A DNA stretch of 64,000 bases from Candidatus Bathyarchaeota archaeon (GCA_963775895.1 CAVZKL010000027.1:1-64000), one strand, 5' to 3'. Shown: positions 8,875-21,405, counted from the first letter of the stretch. Notes: generated by a model not told the origin, from the letters alone. Made by a program: numbers and translations.

Positions 8875-11800
8875 ACTGGCGCGCGGACTTGCTTAATTCT
8901 AATTGTTTTTCTACGGGGTAAGATAGCATAAACCACTAAGACTGCAGATATTGCTGTGACCAAAATCACGTGGAAGGGCGATGTTAAGACGCTAAGCCAA
9001 GGTATATCCATTTCAGTGAATGAGGGTTGTTGTGTTTGTTCGGTTGTAGGATAAAACCACTTACCGTCAAAAGCAAAGTTATCTATGAAATTTATGCCAT
9101 TATCTGATTGTGCGATTTCAAACGTTACATTTCCAATTACCTCAAAGGGTTCTGAACCATCATCGTAAAACAAAGGCATTTTATAATAGCTCCGGTAAAT
9201 TCTGGCGCTGCTGAAATAAGCGTTCCCTTCTGCTGTGACTGTTGGGTTTTTCACTGAAACAATTGTTGAATAGCCGTTGTTAATGCTTAATTGAATGTTG
9301 CTATCTTGGAATGTTTCATTTAGCAGTGTCTGCCCGTTCCACATTGACATATTAACATTGCTGTTTTTCGGAATTTCCATCGTTAAGTTGAAGTCACCAC
9401 TGATGCTAACATTCAAATAGCTTCCTATGCCCGTTCCAATTAACTGAATCGCCGAAGCATCTATCCTGAAGTTTACCGGATAAACGTATTCAACTTGTTC
9501 TATCACGGAATCGGTAAAGTTTATTGATTTTGTTTCGTCACTATTTGAAACAATTGTTATACTGCTCGCGTTTGAATTTGGAAGCTGAACAAAATCTGTG
9601 TCTATACTTACCTTGCCAGTAAAGTTCGCAGGGTCTTTTGTAAAGTCAAATTGAGGGAAAAAATCTGTTCGTTCGACAATGTTTTTGTTCAATTTTGGGT
9701 CTGCCACATTGAGCAAAGAACCCATGTTTTTGAAAAAGTCCCTGTTAATGTCGCTCGTCGAATTTTCAATCGCGGAAAAATACGGTGACAATGCTAAACA
9801 GGTGACTTCCCCATTTCCAACGCTCTTTGTAAGAGCATAAGGAGAGACAGATTCATCATTCATCGTGTAATTAGCGATGATTCTTACATTTACATCACTC
9901 GAATGAACTACAGGCACTGTGATCGTTGACGGAAAACTCAAGTCACTTGTTTGTCTTCGGATGCCATTAGCCTCGACATTGTTTTCACTGTATATTGATA
10001 GCGCATTAGCGAAACCCAGAGACGGTGGTAAAGGGTACACTTTGTAGAATCCTATGAAACCTATCGAGTACGTCGCATTTTCGACGAAACTTCTGAACAG
10101 CATCTTATCAATCTGTTCATCGCTTCTGAAACCAGTGTAGTTCTTCATTACAATATCATAGAAGTTCTTAAGGTCAATGATACTTGTGGTCCATTCTGTC
10201 GATGCTCCCAGCTCTATGTAACCATAGCCGCTCTCAGTGCCGTGAGGGTAGAAGAAAAGAGGAGAGCCATCCGTCTTCCAGTGAATAACTACATATTGAT
10301 AAGTGCCACTGAAATATTGACGGGGGGTGAATTAAAGTCGTGATGTATGCTTTCATTGCTTGTCTCCACGCTTATGACGCTGCCGTTGGATAAAGCAGAA
10401 CATTCAAATGTGGTCCACTTAGTGAAGTTTTCGTCTTCCCAACCAATATAATCGCTTTCTGTCAAGTTTCTAGTCTTATATGATGGCAAAGTAGCTCGAG
10501 CTCTCAAGAACAATCAAATGTCCCCCGTTGTTCACCCAATCCATGTATTCTTGCAAGTGTTGTTCTTCAGTTTTAGCCCATTGGTTCAGGTCGTGTGGTA
10601 TAATAAGGGTTGAGCAATTGAACCTGGCTGGGTCATTATCGAGAACTGTTGAATACTCATTTTGCGAGAGAGCAACCATGCTTAGGGGAAGGAATTCACT
10701 TTCAGAGTCGTTGTTTGAAAAACCAGCAAATTGAATGGAATCAATTGAATACTCTGAGTTTAACTCGAAATCGCGGAACAGTACCGAACTGATTTGTTCA
10801 TTGGACCCGACTCCAATGGTCTCATTTCTGACGAAGTCATAAAAATCGATGCAGGTTTATAACAGTTGTTTGCCAGCTTGTGGAACTACCCAATGAAATG
10901 TAATAAACAGTTTTGACGCCTATAAGGTAAAAATAGAGGTTCGCCCCATCTGTTTTCCATCGGATTGTTACATAAGGGTACTCATTTGAATTTATGTTAA
11001 CGGGTAATTCAAAGTCATGGTGATCGCTCGAATTATCTGTTTTCAAGGTTATGATGTCACCTGTAGTTAATACCGAGCAAAGACTGCAGTATTTATCATA
11101 GCTTGCATCAAATACATCCTAGAAATATCCAGTATTAACATTTGGGGTGACTAAAGCTGTGCTTGAACTTGTTGGAATGGAAAAGTCTGGTACTTCGTAT
11201 ATTGTGACTTCTTCGTTTTGAAAGGCAATAGGCAGATATTTCAGCAGATAATCTCTCACAAATCCCGAATAACTTGGATTTTGCTCCAACTCCTTCATTA
11301 TCTGCGGAGCTTAAATACAGATACTTGAGTTGAGACTTCGCTAAAGAATAAATTGCTGTTTCAGAAAATGAAGGAGTGAAGATTAATGAAGGGTCTCTAT
11401 TTACATAAGTCTGTACGTCGGACAAGCCGGCATAAGATAAAAGGTCGATTTGATCTAGTTGTCAATGTCAGAACGGAACAATTTGAAGGAGTATTTAGCC
11501 TTAAGAAGTTGAGAGCATCTAACTCTGAACTTGATAATTTTTCGCCCTTTAGCCGGAGCCAGTAATTGAAATCAACCGCTTCCTCAGTAAGTAAACCGGG
11601 TAAAAACCTAAAACCAGAATCATTGAAAGCACAAATCCGAATATTATGCTTTTACTGTTACCTTGAGTGTCTCTTTAGAATCTGACCTGAACTTTACTAA
11701 TAGATATGACGCCAGTATCACGGTCGGTATCATGATGAAAAATGTAAGTCTGTCTTCATAGTAAAAAGAAGGGTAAAGATGCAAAATTCTGGCAATTAGA

Positions 11801-13618
11801 AAAGACACTGGAATTAAAAGTATGAAGAAAGAATACTCTTTGATGCTTTGTTTTTATGAATCAAGTAGATTATTCCGGGCAAAGCGATTAGACCGATATT
11901 CCTAATCTGTTCGGCCATGCATACCAAGGTACCGTGTGCGTATCAGTTGGTAGATATTATAAGTTTCAAAGACCTTTGCTCCAAATAATTAGGCATAACC
12001 CATAGAAATATATGATGAATACTGAAACACGCTATTTTTAAAGCTCTGATTTTGTTATGGCTCATTTTAAGGTTAACTGTGGAGAGTTTTTAGATGGCCT
12101 TTATAAACGACAAGAAGAAAGCAAGCGACGCTAAAGATAAAGCTTCCATAGTAGAGGGAAAACCCATAAGATGCAAATACATTTCCCTCAGTGTAATATG
12201 ATCCTTTTACAATAATGTCTGGTAAAGCAATTAGTATTAAACCGAAAATAATTGATACGGCGCATTTTCTGTATGAGGAAACATTTTCATGCTTAACAAT
12301 TAATATTGATGCCAGAAAAATGAAAATGAAAAACACAATTTCAGCTACATGCGCTAAAAATCCTAAGTGCAATCATAACAGGTATAAAAACATAGCGTAG
12401 ATTTCCAAGCTTATTAGCTCGTTTAGAATAGATTAGCCATATTAAGGCAAAAATCGAAGTTAAAGCATAAGTGTAAAGTGGATAGATTCCAGTGGTTCCG
12501 GGGGCAGAATAGAAAGACGGTACAAGGTAGCCGGAGTCGGTTCTTGCCATAATGTCGAATAGCTTATATAGACTTTGGACTGTTTGACTGCTAGCAAGTA
12601 AGTGCGCGCCAAAGATCCACCCAAATCCTCCACCAAAAAAACCGAGTAAGGTTGCAATAATCGGGATTTTCTTATGTCTTGATCTCTTCAAAAAAGGCTG
12701 AGACCATCACATAGAAAGAAAGAATCGGCAAAAAGGTAATAGGGATGCTTACAAACTGAAAAGCGTTCACGTAGGGAACTCCGGATATGATCAAAAATTG
12801 GGCGAGAAACACAAAGGGCCAATAAGGATAACTCGGTCCTGGTCCAATCGGACTGAGAGGCAAAATGTCTTTTGTGAATGAAACTGAGTAACCATAATAA
12901 CCATTTAGATCTCCGTAATCCCACGTGAGATTTAAAGAATATTTAGCAAGCATCAATATTGACATAAAGATTAGTAAAGAAATTAGAACTAACTTTTCAT
13001 TTAAGTCGAAAGAAAACTTTTCATTATTTTTAGATTTCTCTCTTTTGACGAAAATGTACGGCATCAATAGAATCACGTTTAGAAGGATTATAGAGAGTAT
13101 TCCAGATTGTTGAATGTTCGATCCAAAAGTGAAGCTGAGAATGCCTAAGAATGGAAGTATAAGCAGACTAATTAAGATCGAAACAAGCATTTTCTCTGTT
13201 ACCGTTAGTTTTCCGTTTTTGTCCATTAGACTCAGAGTCATGTAGCCTGGGGAGAACAAAGTTAAAAATGAGCTCAGTAGGAGTCTTAATAGATTAAGTA
13301 GAGGAATGGCGTTCCAAGAAATGAGCTCAAATGTTTCAGTGATGGGATGAACAAGCAATACGCTTAAAACAGATAACACGACGAAACAAGAGAATAATGC
13401 TTTTCTGAGCCTCGAAGAGATGAGAATTGTAGCTTCACCTCCTTTTCTTCACGAACTACGTACGTATATGCCAAGAAAAATACAATTGCGACCATAGGAG
13501 CTATGAAAAACCTTACTGGAACTATCAAAATCTCCCAGAAAATTATTGCCACGAGAGATGAAAAGAAGAGGCCGATTATCTCTATTCTGTAGTTCATGAA
13601 ACCCATCTGTTTCTGCAA
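8871..13618 (-). CDS. Very large polytopic membrane protein (many N-terminal TM helices, extracellular region with two repeated beta-sandwich-like modules, C-terminal TM); heavily frameshifted
   Basis: Chain of abutting - strand fragments from 13364-13618 down to 8871-10148; internal repeat HHDF..PVNI....YVxIxWKTDG..L.FY......YI.LG.ST.W.T.II.L near 10.85-11.0 kb and 10.17-10.35 kb. Could be more than one gene. Confidence 0.55.
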
Positions 13619-14813
13619 AGTACGTTTTCATTAAGAAAATGATTGTAATCAACCTTGTCTTTGTAGAATAGGTTCCAGATAATGCCTAAAAATGGAGAAT
13701 TACCTTTAATCATGAGTTTCTTAATTTGATCATCAGGCACCTTCCGGACCAAACGTTGCACCTTTAGCCTTTTTCTCCAAATATGTCGAAAATTCAGCAT
13801 GACCCACGATAACGCCCGTACACGCTGACAAATTATATGTTTTCTTTGAAGGAAAGGCAAGAGACATCAAGAACATGAGTTAATTCAACTGATACGTTAG
13901 ATAATTCCGCCCATAAATAAGTTCCGCATATCATAATTTTTAATGAGCATGATAAGGCTGTTCCTTGAATTGTAATAGTAACTTTCTTCTGAACCTTGAA
14001 CCTTTTTCTAGTGCCTGAACCAAAATGGTAAACAATCGACTTTAGGTACAAACATGACTTTATAGCCATTTAATCTAATTCTCCAACCTAGATCTATATC
14101 TTCACAAACCATAAAAAAAGTTGGATCGAAATAGCCTACTTGTCTTAAAATTTGTTTTTTAACAATCATAGCGGCTCCTCTTGCGAGAAAAAATCTCATC
14201 TACTTTATCATATTGACCCTTATCCTCTCTCTTCGCAACCTCTCATCCATCCTTTTCCGTAACAATTGACGAAGTCGCCTGCACTGTCAATTGTTTTAGC
14301 GCGCGCGCGCGCTAATAATAATAATTTGCTTTGTGCAGCGCCTACAGTCTTATCAGACTCCACAACAATGAGTAATTCTTGTAACCATTCTGGGTCAACT
14401 TCGGTATCATTGTTCAGGAAAACCACATATTTTCCCGTAGCTGCTCTCGCTCCAATATTGTTTCCTTCAGCAAACCCCAGGTTTGTGCCATTAGTTACTA
14501 TTCTTAAATTACTATGTTGGTGAAAGTTCTTTTGCACCAATTCGATGCTTCCATCAGTGGAAGCGTTATCAACAAGGATGACCTCAAAATTTCGGTAATC
14601 GCTCTGTAAAACCGAGTCTAAGCATTGATTCAAAAACTTTTTCCCGTTGAAATTTAAGATGACAATTGAAACCATAGGCTGAGTCGAAAGGTCTCCCTGG
14701 AAGCTAGGATTATGCGCACGCGCATGGGATCGTCCATAGGAATCAACAGACAGTTTAGCGTGTGCGCTAGGCCAGGCACGCGTAGTTACAATTCTGATAC
14801 TACTTTTTGACAA
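13594..14813 (-). CDS. GT2 family glycosyltransferase; several frameshifts; true start uncertain
   Basis: VSIVILNFNG, VILVDNASTDGS, NLGFAEGNN, FLNNDT, GAAMIV, EDIDLGWR. Confidence 0.85.
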
Positions 14814-14905
14814 CGGTTAACCGAAGCCCTCCATAAAGCAGCCCCGATGCAAATTCCAGAATGCAAGCCTTTTCGCTTCTCAGAGTGATCGTGCTCGGGC
14901 ATGGT

Positions 14906-15604
14906 CTATTTTTGAGCCTCAACAAACAGACTTATCTCTTCTCTATTATCGAGCGCTTCGATATCTGGGACTCTGCCTTCTCTGAATCGTCTTCGCGTGA
15001 CTCTTCTGAAACCGCACTTGTTCAGTAAACAAGCTAGCGACCGAAAATCGTACAGCCACCTTGTTTCTAAATGCCTGCAAAGGAAGTTGGACGTCATATT
15101 TCTTGGAGACGAGCAGCCTATTCCTAGGGAATGTAGGAAGTCTTCTGCTGTTATTTCGTCCCTAGTATACTTGGTGGCGTAAAGCCTTAGGTCTGAAACC
15201 ACTATTCTTAGATAGCCCTGCGGCTTCAAAACACGGTAGCAATCTCCAATGATCCTAACTGCCTCGTGTTGATTAACATGGCCCAAGAAGTGGGAAGTGT
15301 ATATATAATCAACAGAATCGTCCTGAAATGGTAATCCTTTTCTTATATCATGACGTACTATTTCGCTAGGCCACTTTGTTCTATAAGATGCATCATCAAG
15401 CAACCTCACTTCGTATAAAATGCGCTTCAGAAAAGGATGCCTAGAGAGCCATATATTCGGCGATATATCTATGTTAGTCCATCCAGGAACTACCGTAATC
15501 CCACAGCCTAAGTTCACTTTTAAGATGTTGTCTCTCTTCGTCTCGCCAATCTTGTGTTGGCGCTTGGGAGACGGATTATTTACAGGTCGGAGGCTCAACC
15601 TCAA
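14906..15604 (-). CDS. Methyltransferase type 11-like protein
   Basis: KVNLGCG, GWTNID, DIRKGLPF, YRVLKPQG. Confidence 0.85.
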   Translation of the reverse strand: MRLSLRPVNNPSPKRQHKIGETKRDNILKVNLGCGITVVPGWTNIDISPNIWLSRHPFLKRILYEVRLLDDASYRTKWPSEIVRHDIRKGLPFQDDSVDYIYTSHFLGHVNQHEAVRIIGDCYRVLKPQGYLRIVVSDLRLYATKYTRDEITAEDFLHSLGIGCSSPRNMTSNFLCRHLETRWLYDFRSLACLLNKCGFRRVTRRRFREGRVPDIEALDNREEISLFVEAQK

Positions 15605-16671
15605 TTTTCAATCAACTCAGTCAAAAATGATTCTAACTCTTTTCCAATAGCTTTTGGACTAAGCTTCTTCTTGAATAGCCCATAACCATTCTCGGCTATT
15701 CTATTCCTCAACTCCTCATCTTCCTTCAATGTCAAAATGGCTTCTGCGAGTGCCTCCGGATTAGCCATAGGAACAAGTATACTGTTTAACCTATCCACCA
15801 AGATCTCTCTTGCTGCAGGTGAATCGCCTGTGATTAAAGGCTTTCTCATGGCTAAGGCTTCGAAGGCTTTGTTAGGTATTACTCTTTTCGCTTTCTCGGT
15901 TTCGCCGAAGATCCCAAGGCAAACGTCTGCTTTAGCAACGCAGTTAGGCAATTCATCATAAGACACCCATGCGGAAACGAAAGTTATATTCTTAACCCCT
16001 AAGCTCTTAGACAACTCGTAGACTTCCTGGAATGTTTGACCAGAACCTCTTAACTCAAATTTAATATCTTCATACCTTTCGAGCAACTTGGCGGCCTTAA
16101 TGATATATTTCACGCCTTGAAGTGGAATAAAATCGCCCCAATACATTACAAGAAAACAATCGCTTTCTTTTACCACCGCCCTCGGGTAGAAAACTTCATC
16201 ATCAGAACCGACAAACACTCTCCTAAACTTGTTAGACGCTACGTTAAAAAAGCTTGAATAATATTTTGCATGTGTATTAGTATCAGATAAAACTAAGCTA
16301 ACTTCATGCAAAGCGTTGTAGTCCAAAAAATACCACAGTTTAGCCTTGATCGATTCCCTATTAATACGTTGCCTATCGACTACCTCCGTTTCGTATAACG
16401 TCAGCACTGCATCAAACACAAGGGGTTTCACAGTCATGGCCTTTGCAACTGGCACAAGCGGCTGGCCGTAATGTGTACCTCGAGCTCCAAGCAGAATAAG
16501 ATCATAATCTAGACCCAGTTGTCTTCTTAACGATCTAAGGTAGTCCAAAAGACGGTTAGATGAATAGGCATTGCACTCAATTACTTTGACACCATTTTTC
16601 ATTAACCCTTTAATAATCACTCTGTTTCTTCCATATCCTGGGTCATAGGGTCCCAGATAACAGATCCTCAT
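15601..16671 (-). CDS. GT4 family glycosyltransferase
   Basis: FIPLQGV, ADVCLGIFG...VIPNKAFEALAMRKPLIT. Confidence 0.9.
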   Translation of the reverse strand: MRICYLGPYDPGYGRNRVIIKGLMKNGVKVIECNAYSSNRLLDYLRSLRRQLGLDYDLILLGARGTHYGQPLVPVAKAMTVKPLVFDAVLTLYETEVVDRQRINRESIKAKLWYFLDYNALHEVSLVLSDTNTHAKYYSSFFNVASNKFRRVFVGSDDEVFYPRAVVKESDCFLVMYWGDFIPLQGVKYIIKAAKLLERYEDIKFELRGSGQTFQEVYELSKSLGVKNITFVSAWVSYDELPNCVAKADVCLGIFGETEKAKRVIPNKAFEALAMRKPLITGDSPAAREILVDRLNSILVPMANPEALAEAILTLKEDEELRNRIAENGYGLFKKKLSPKAIGKELESFLTELIEN

Positions 16672-16801
16672 ATGAATTCACATGCACAATTTATTTCGGT
16701 TCATTTACCCTGCAAGAGTTTATTTCTAAACGTCGCCACTATCTTAAGATTGGAATTTGATGATTGCAAAGCTTCAATATGATAACATAGAGTTTTTGTA
16801 T

Positions 16802-18142
16802 TCAGTAATAACCCCATCCTATTCCATAATATCTAAACCCTTTTTCCAGAGCCTGATGTGGATCAACAACCCTACCACAATCCACGAGGACAGGTTTTTC
16901 CTTCATTAGATTTTTGAGTTCACTTAGATTTATTCTTCCAAAATCAGGATGATTCACCATAATAATCATGCAGTCAGCGTTTCTGATAGCTTCTTCAAGC
17001 TCTCTTGCCTTTTTGGCACCGAAACATTCCTCACAGTATGGATCGTAAGCAACCACCTCACCCCCCAAACTCAGAAGCTTTTTGATCACTTTTTGTGACG
17101 GGCTCAACGTCGGACTTCCTACACCTCCTTTGTAGGCAGTTCCTAGGACGGCGATCTTGGACTCTTTAATGTCCTTTCCGACAAATGATGTGCCTTTAAC
17201 AACAAGCTTCACCACATGTAAAGGCATATAGTCGTTTATATGGCGAGAAGCCAAGATGATTTTCGGATCAAGGTCTCCAAGTTCAGCAGGATGTATCAGA
17301 AGGTATGGATCTTTAGGTAGACATGGACCCCCAACGCCAGCACCAGGAAGGTGAATCTTTACTCTTGGATGAGTATTGGCTAGTTTTATAACATTTAACA
17401 CATCAACTTCTAGTTTTTCACATATTAAAGCCAACTCGTTGGCAAAAGCCACATTTACATCTCTAAAGGTGTTTTCAGCCAGCTTAGCGACTTCAGCGGT
17501 AGAAGCATCGGTTTCAATTACTCTCTTGCAAACTTTCGTAAAAAGCCTTTCAGCCGCTTTTGTACTGTTCTGGCCTATGCCTCCAATGACTCTTGGATTC
17601 TCAACAAACTCCCTCAATGCATTGCCGGGGGCGATTCTTTCGGGCACATAAGCCAGATAGAAGTCTAAGTCTGCTCTCAAGTTACTGGCGGACTCAAGTA
17701 ATGGCTTTACTACATTAATCATCGTTCCAGGAGGAACCGTACTAGAAACAACTACAAGCATCTCTTTCCTCAAAGCATCGGCTACTTTTTGAAGGGTTTT
17801 AATCAAAAATGATAGATTCGGCGACTTCTTTTCGTTTATAGGAGTCTGAACTGAAATTATGATGGCGTCTGCTTGGCTGAGAGCCTCGGCAGAGTTCAAA
17901 GTGGCTCTTAGCCTATTGACTTCAACGTTATGCTTTACCAGAGCGCGTAAACCAGGCTCGTCGTTAGGGCTGTTCCCTTTGTTTATTGCCTCAACGACTT
18001 GGGGCTTAACATCGAGAGCAACGACGCTAAAGCCTGCTTCAGCAAACAGAGCTGCAGTAGGTAAACCTACATTGCCTGAACCTATAACTGCAAGGGACAT
18101 CTTCCTCTTCTCTATTTTCCTTAAGATCTGATTTGTTTCCAT
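16802..18142 (-). CDS. wecC: Nucleotide-sugar dehydrogenase (UDP-ManNAc/GlcNAc 6-dehydrogenase, WecC-like)
   Basis: VIGSGNVGLP, PERIAPG, KLAENTFRDVNVAFANE, GVGGPCLPKDP, C-terminal LGTAYK domain. Confidence 0.85.
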   Translation of the reverse strand: METNQILRKIEKRKMSLAVIGSGNVGLPTAALFAEAGFSVVALDVKPQVVEAINKGNSPNDEPGLRALVKHNVEVNRLRATLNSAEALSQADAIIISVQTPINEKKSPNLSFLIKTLQKVADALRKEMLVVVSSTVPPGTMINVVKPLLESASNLRADLDFYLAYVPERIAPGNALREFVENPRVIGGIGQNSTKAAERLFTKVCKRVIETDASTAEVAKLAENTFRDVNVAFANELALICEKLEVDVLNVIKLANTHPRVKIHLPGAGVGGPCLPKDPYLLIHPAELGDLDPKIILASRHINDYMPLHVVKLVVKGTSFVGKDIKESKIAVLGTAYKGGVGSPTLSPSQKVIKKLLSLGGEVVAYDPYCEECFGAKKARELEEAIRNADCMIIMVNHPDFGRINLSELKNLMKEKPVLVDCGRVVDPHQALEKGFRYYGIGWGYY

Positions 18143-18174
18143 CGCAAACCTCAGAAGGAGTATTTTACGCGTTC

Positions 18175-19452
18175 TTAACTTCTTTCTGGCGACTCGATGT
18201 CGATTTTTCCTAGCCCAGACCTTATTAGTTCAGAAGGATTGTACGCATCAAAGAGTTTATTCGGTGATATTGCAATTTTTGGTGACTGACCGTCCGCTTT
18301 TATTCCTCTTATTAAAGCGTATGAAAGTAAACCCAAAATATTCAAGCCAGGTTCATAACTACGTTGTTCCAGTTCATATGGTTTATCAGTTAAGCCGGCA
18401 AAACTTCTAACAACAAAACCCAAATGATCATAAATGCTGCTTTTCTTCGCAGCATATGATATGCCTTTGTTGATGCTTTTCATCACATTCTCGCCGGAAT
18501 CACATGCAGTAATATACAAACCGAGAGCATAGGGGGCCATCCCAAGCTGATGAACCGTATAAGTCAAGTCGGGTAACAGCCTCCAGCACCCGGTTCTTTT
18601 GTTAAAACGCCATCTCCATTGCCCATCAGAGCCTTGATTATTAAGCTGATTATAAACAAGATGTCTTGCAAAATCTAGAAATACTTGCCGCCCAACAAGT
18701 AAATAAGCTAATGACAATGCGCCTATAGTGTCAATGTCGTATGCGAAGGAACCGAACGACTTTAAATTGCCCAACTCAGAGACCAACTCCCTGCATAGTA
18801 TCTCTATGAAAGATAGATAGCGAGCTACATCAGGTTGGACGTTACATGCTTGCGCTAAACCGTAAACAAATCGCGCTTTTTCCTGAGACGTAAGAAACTC
18901 CCTATTGCCCATCAACCAATTTGCCGTTTCATCAAGTTCGTTAATTATCTGATTTTTCTCTTTTAGATCAATAAAATCGCATGCTGATGACAACGCCCAC
19001 AAAAAGGAATTTGTTGTCTCGGAAGCCGAAAACTTGTCAGTACCCCTCATCTTTTTCTTATCAATATAACGGCATTTTATGTATTCTGACGATCTTCTGT
19101 AACTTAATAGATACTCAAGATTATTCTGTAAAAAGTCCAACAAGCGGCTATCATGATTATTTACCATAAGAAGATAATATGAAATGCCTACGCAGGCGTG
19201 ACCGATGTATTTTAGGTCCTTCTCATTATCCACAGAAATGGCATAATCATGCAATCTCGAGGAAAAAGGAAGTAAGTTGGGGATTAAATTGGAAATGCTA
19301 GTCCCTAAAAAACTTTGCAATTTCGTAAATCCATCATTGGCATAAATCCTGCAATTGAACACTCCTAACTCACAATCGTAAAGTTTATGCAACGTCGACA
19401 AGTTCATTTCTATTAATTTTTTGACCGAAGTCGTCCCTGCAGTGGTGTTCAT
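18175..19452 (-). CDS. Hypothetical helical protein in the glycan cluster
   Basis: 425-aa intact ORF; motif QGSDGQWRW...YTVHQLGMAPYAL; function not recognisable. Confidence 0.65.
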   Translation of the reverse strand: MNTTAGTTSVKKLIEMNLSTLHKLYDCELGVFNCRIYANDGFTKLQSFLGTSISNLIPNLLPFSSRLHDYAISVDNEKDLKYIGHACVGISYYLLMVNNHDSRLLDFLQNNLEYLLSYRRSSEYIKCRYIDKKKMRGTDKFSASETTNSFLWALSSACDFIDLKEKNQIINELDETANWLMGNREFLTSQEKARFVYGLAQACNVQPDVARYLSFIEILCRELVSELGNLKSFGSFAYDIDTIGALSLAYLLVGRQVFLDFARHLVYNQLNNQGSDGQWRWRFNKRTGCWRLLPDLTYTVHQLGMAPYALGLYITACDSGENVMKSINKGISYAAKKSSIYDHLGFVVRSFAGLTDKPYELEQRSYEPGLNILGLLSYALIRGIKADGQSPKIAISPNKLFDAYNPSELIRSGLGKIDIESPERS

Positions 19453-19495
19453 GTTTGAAATTCCTTAGCCGAGGAAAGATTTTTCTTTGGCTTAT

Positions 19496-20699
19496 TTAAT
19501 CTTCGTCTAAAGAAAGAAAATCTAGAAACTTTTTCGAGATAATATCCCAGTCAAGTCTTTCTGTATATTTCTCAGCATTCTTTGACATGATTTTTCTTCG
19601 ATCTTCATCAACCAATTCTTCCATTTTCATTCGAAGGTCGTTCACATCCCCCTCACGATATACCATACCCGTCCCCTCGCTAACTCGTTCTACCGTTCCG
19701 CTCTTGTCTGATATGATAATCGGTAGACCGCAACACATCGCTTCAACCATGCTAATTGAACATTGAAGAGGCCAAACCCCCACATCTGCTGCATTGTAAT
19801 ACCGGTATAATTCTTCATTTGGTACTGCCTCAATGAACACGAATCTATTCGAGAAGCCTGATTTTCTTATTCTTTCTCTTAGCTGTTCAATGTAAGCTTG
19901 GTAGCTACCTCCAACAAACATCAGTTTGACATTCGGATGTCTACTGCACATCTCTATTCCCGCATCAACGAGTAAATGAACACCCTTTTCAGGTATAATT
20001 TTCCCAACATATAAGAAAACTACGTCATTATCTCTGAGCTTATACTTGTTTCTGAGGATCGGCCCTAGACTCTAAATCACAGTGGAAGATGCTTCTATCA
20101 GCACCCAAAGGAACTACTACAGTTCTCCCAGCGGGTATTGCGTACATTTCTTCCATAAAACGTCTCGTTTCATCCGAGACAGCAGCGACAAAAAGATCAA
20201 CTGCCTTCAACAACATAGGCGTAAAAACTCTTCTGAATATTGCATACGTCAAAAGTGTCCAACCCCTGCGCGTTGCATTATTCGTCATATGATCGTCAAA
20301 AATGAACTTTGCAGCGGGAAGTTTGGATTTCAATTTTGCGATCCGGATAGAGGTAATGCTAGCTACGCCGTGAACAATTATTACATCAGGTTTAAAGTCA
20401 ACAACTGCCCGTTCAAGGCCAATTAACCAAGGTTTATTAAAGGGTTCTACATCAAGTAATGTTGGAAGCCTTAGAGTTTTTATTCCTTCTTCTGTGAAGA
20501 GACCAGAACCGATCACTCTTTTTTTCAAGAGGTTCTTGTTGGGGAGATAAATTCCTTTCCCAAAGCGATCCGAGGTTACCACAAGGCTTTCATGGTGACG
20601 ACCATGTGCTTTTGCTAAAAAAGTCTCCTGATACCCTAGCACCGGATAGAAATGATCGATTATATGTAATACTTTAAGCCTTTTACTCACGCTTTTCAC
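19496..20699 (-). CDS. GT4 family glycosyltransferase; frameshift near 20060
   Basis: N-terminal HFYPVLGYQE; C-terminal YNAADVGVWP...EAMCCGLPII. Confidence 0.85.
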
Positions 20700-21405
20700 T
20701 CTTCACAACCAAGTCCCCGCCTAGAGTTGAAGACCACCACCGACGTTGCTTTGCCAAGACGCCGCTACATGACACAGAGCTGATTTCAAATCCTTTCTTT
20801 GTAAGTAATTCACAGAGAGTTGACTTGGTGAATTCGTGTAAGTGTTCCCAATCTGCCCCAAAGTAAACACCACCTGATCTGGGTAATTTTCCAAACAATA
20901 ATTGAATTCGATACGGAATCCAAGCAATGTTGGGAACTTGCACGATGAAAGTGCCACCTTGTTTTAACACTCTACGAATCTCATCTAGTACCCTAGGCGG
21001 ATTAAAAACGTGTTCAAGGACGGCAATGCATGACACCGCGTCAAAAAACGAATTGCTGAAAGGCAATCCTTCATCAACATCACATTCATAGAAATGAAAA
21101 TCATCTCCATCTGATCTCTCTTTTGAGCCCTCCTTTGCTCGTTCAATTCTTAGCGGTGAAACATCAACCCCATAACATTCTTTGAACTTATCTTTTGCCA
21201 TAAAGATAAAGTAACCATCACCACAACCTACATCCAGCAATCTTCCTTGATCAGACTGCAACAAGGCATAAGCAACCTGATAACGGTTCACCTCAAACCT
21301 CAAAAGCTTCCCGTAAAGAAAAGCGATTACACCATGAGAAGGCTCATAGGAAATTTCCTTACGACCGTATACATTATCGTAAACCTTTTTCTTGGCGTCT
21401 TCCAT
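20683..21405 (-). CDS. Class I SAM-dependent methyltransferase
   Basis: LLDVGCGDG, GVDVS, LPFSNSFFDAV, VLEH, RVLKQGG. Confidence 0.9.
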   Translation of the reverse strand: MEDAKKKVYDNVYGRKEISYEPSHGVIAFLYGKLLRFEVNRYQVAYALLQSDQGRLLDVGCGDGYFIFMAKDKFKECYGVDVSPLRIERAKEGSKERSDGDDFHFYECDVDEGLPFSNSFFDAVSCIAVLEHVFNPPRVLDEIRRVLKQGGTFIVQVPNIAWIPYRIQLLFGKLPRSGGVYFGADWEHLHEFTKSTLCELLTKKGFEISSVSCSGVLAKQRRWWSSTLGGDLVVKSEKRE

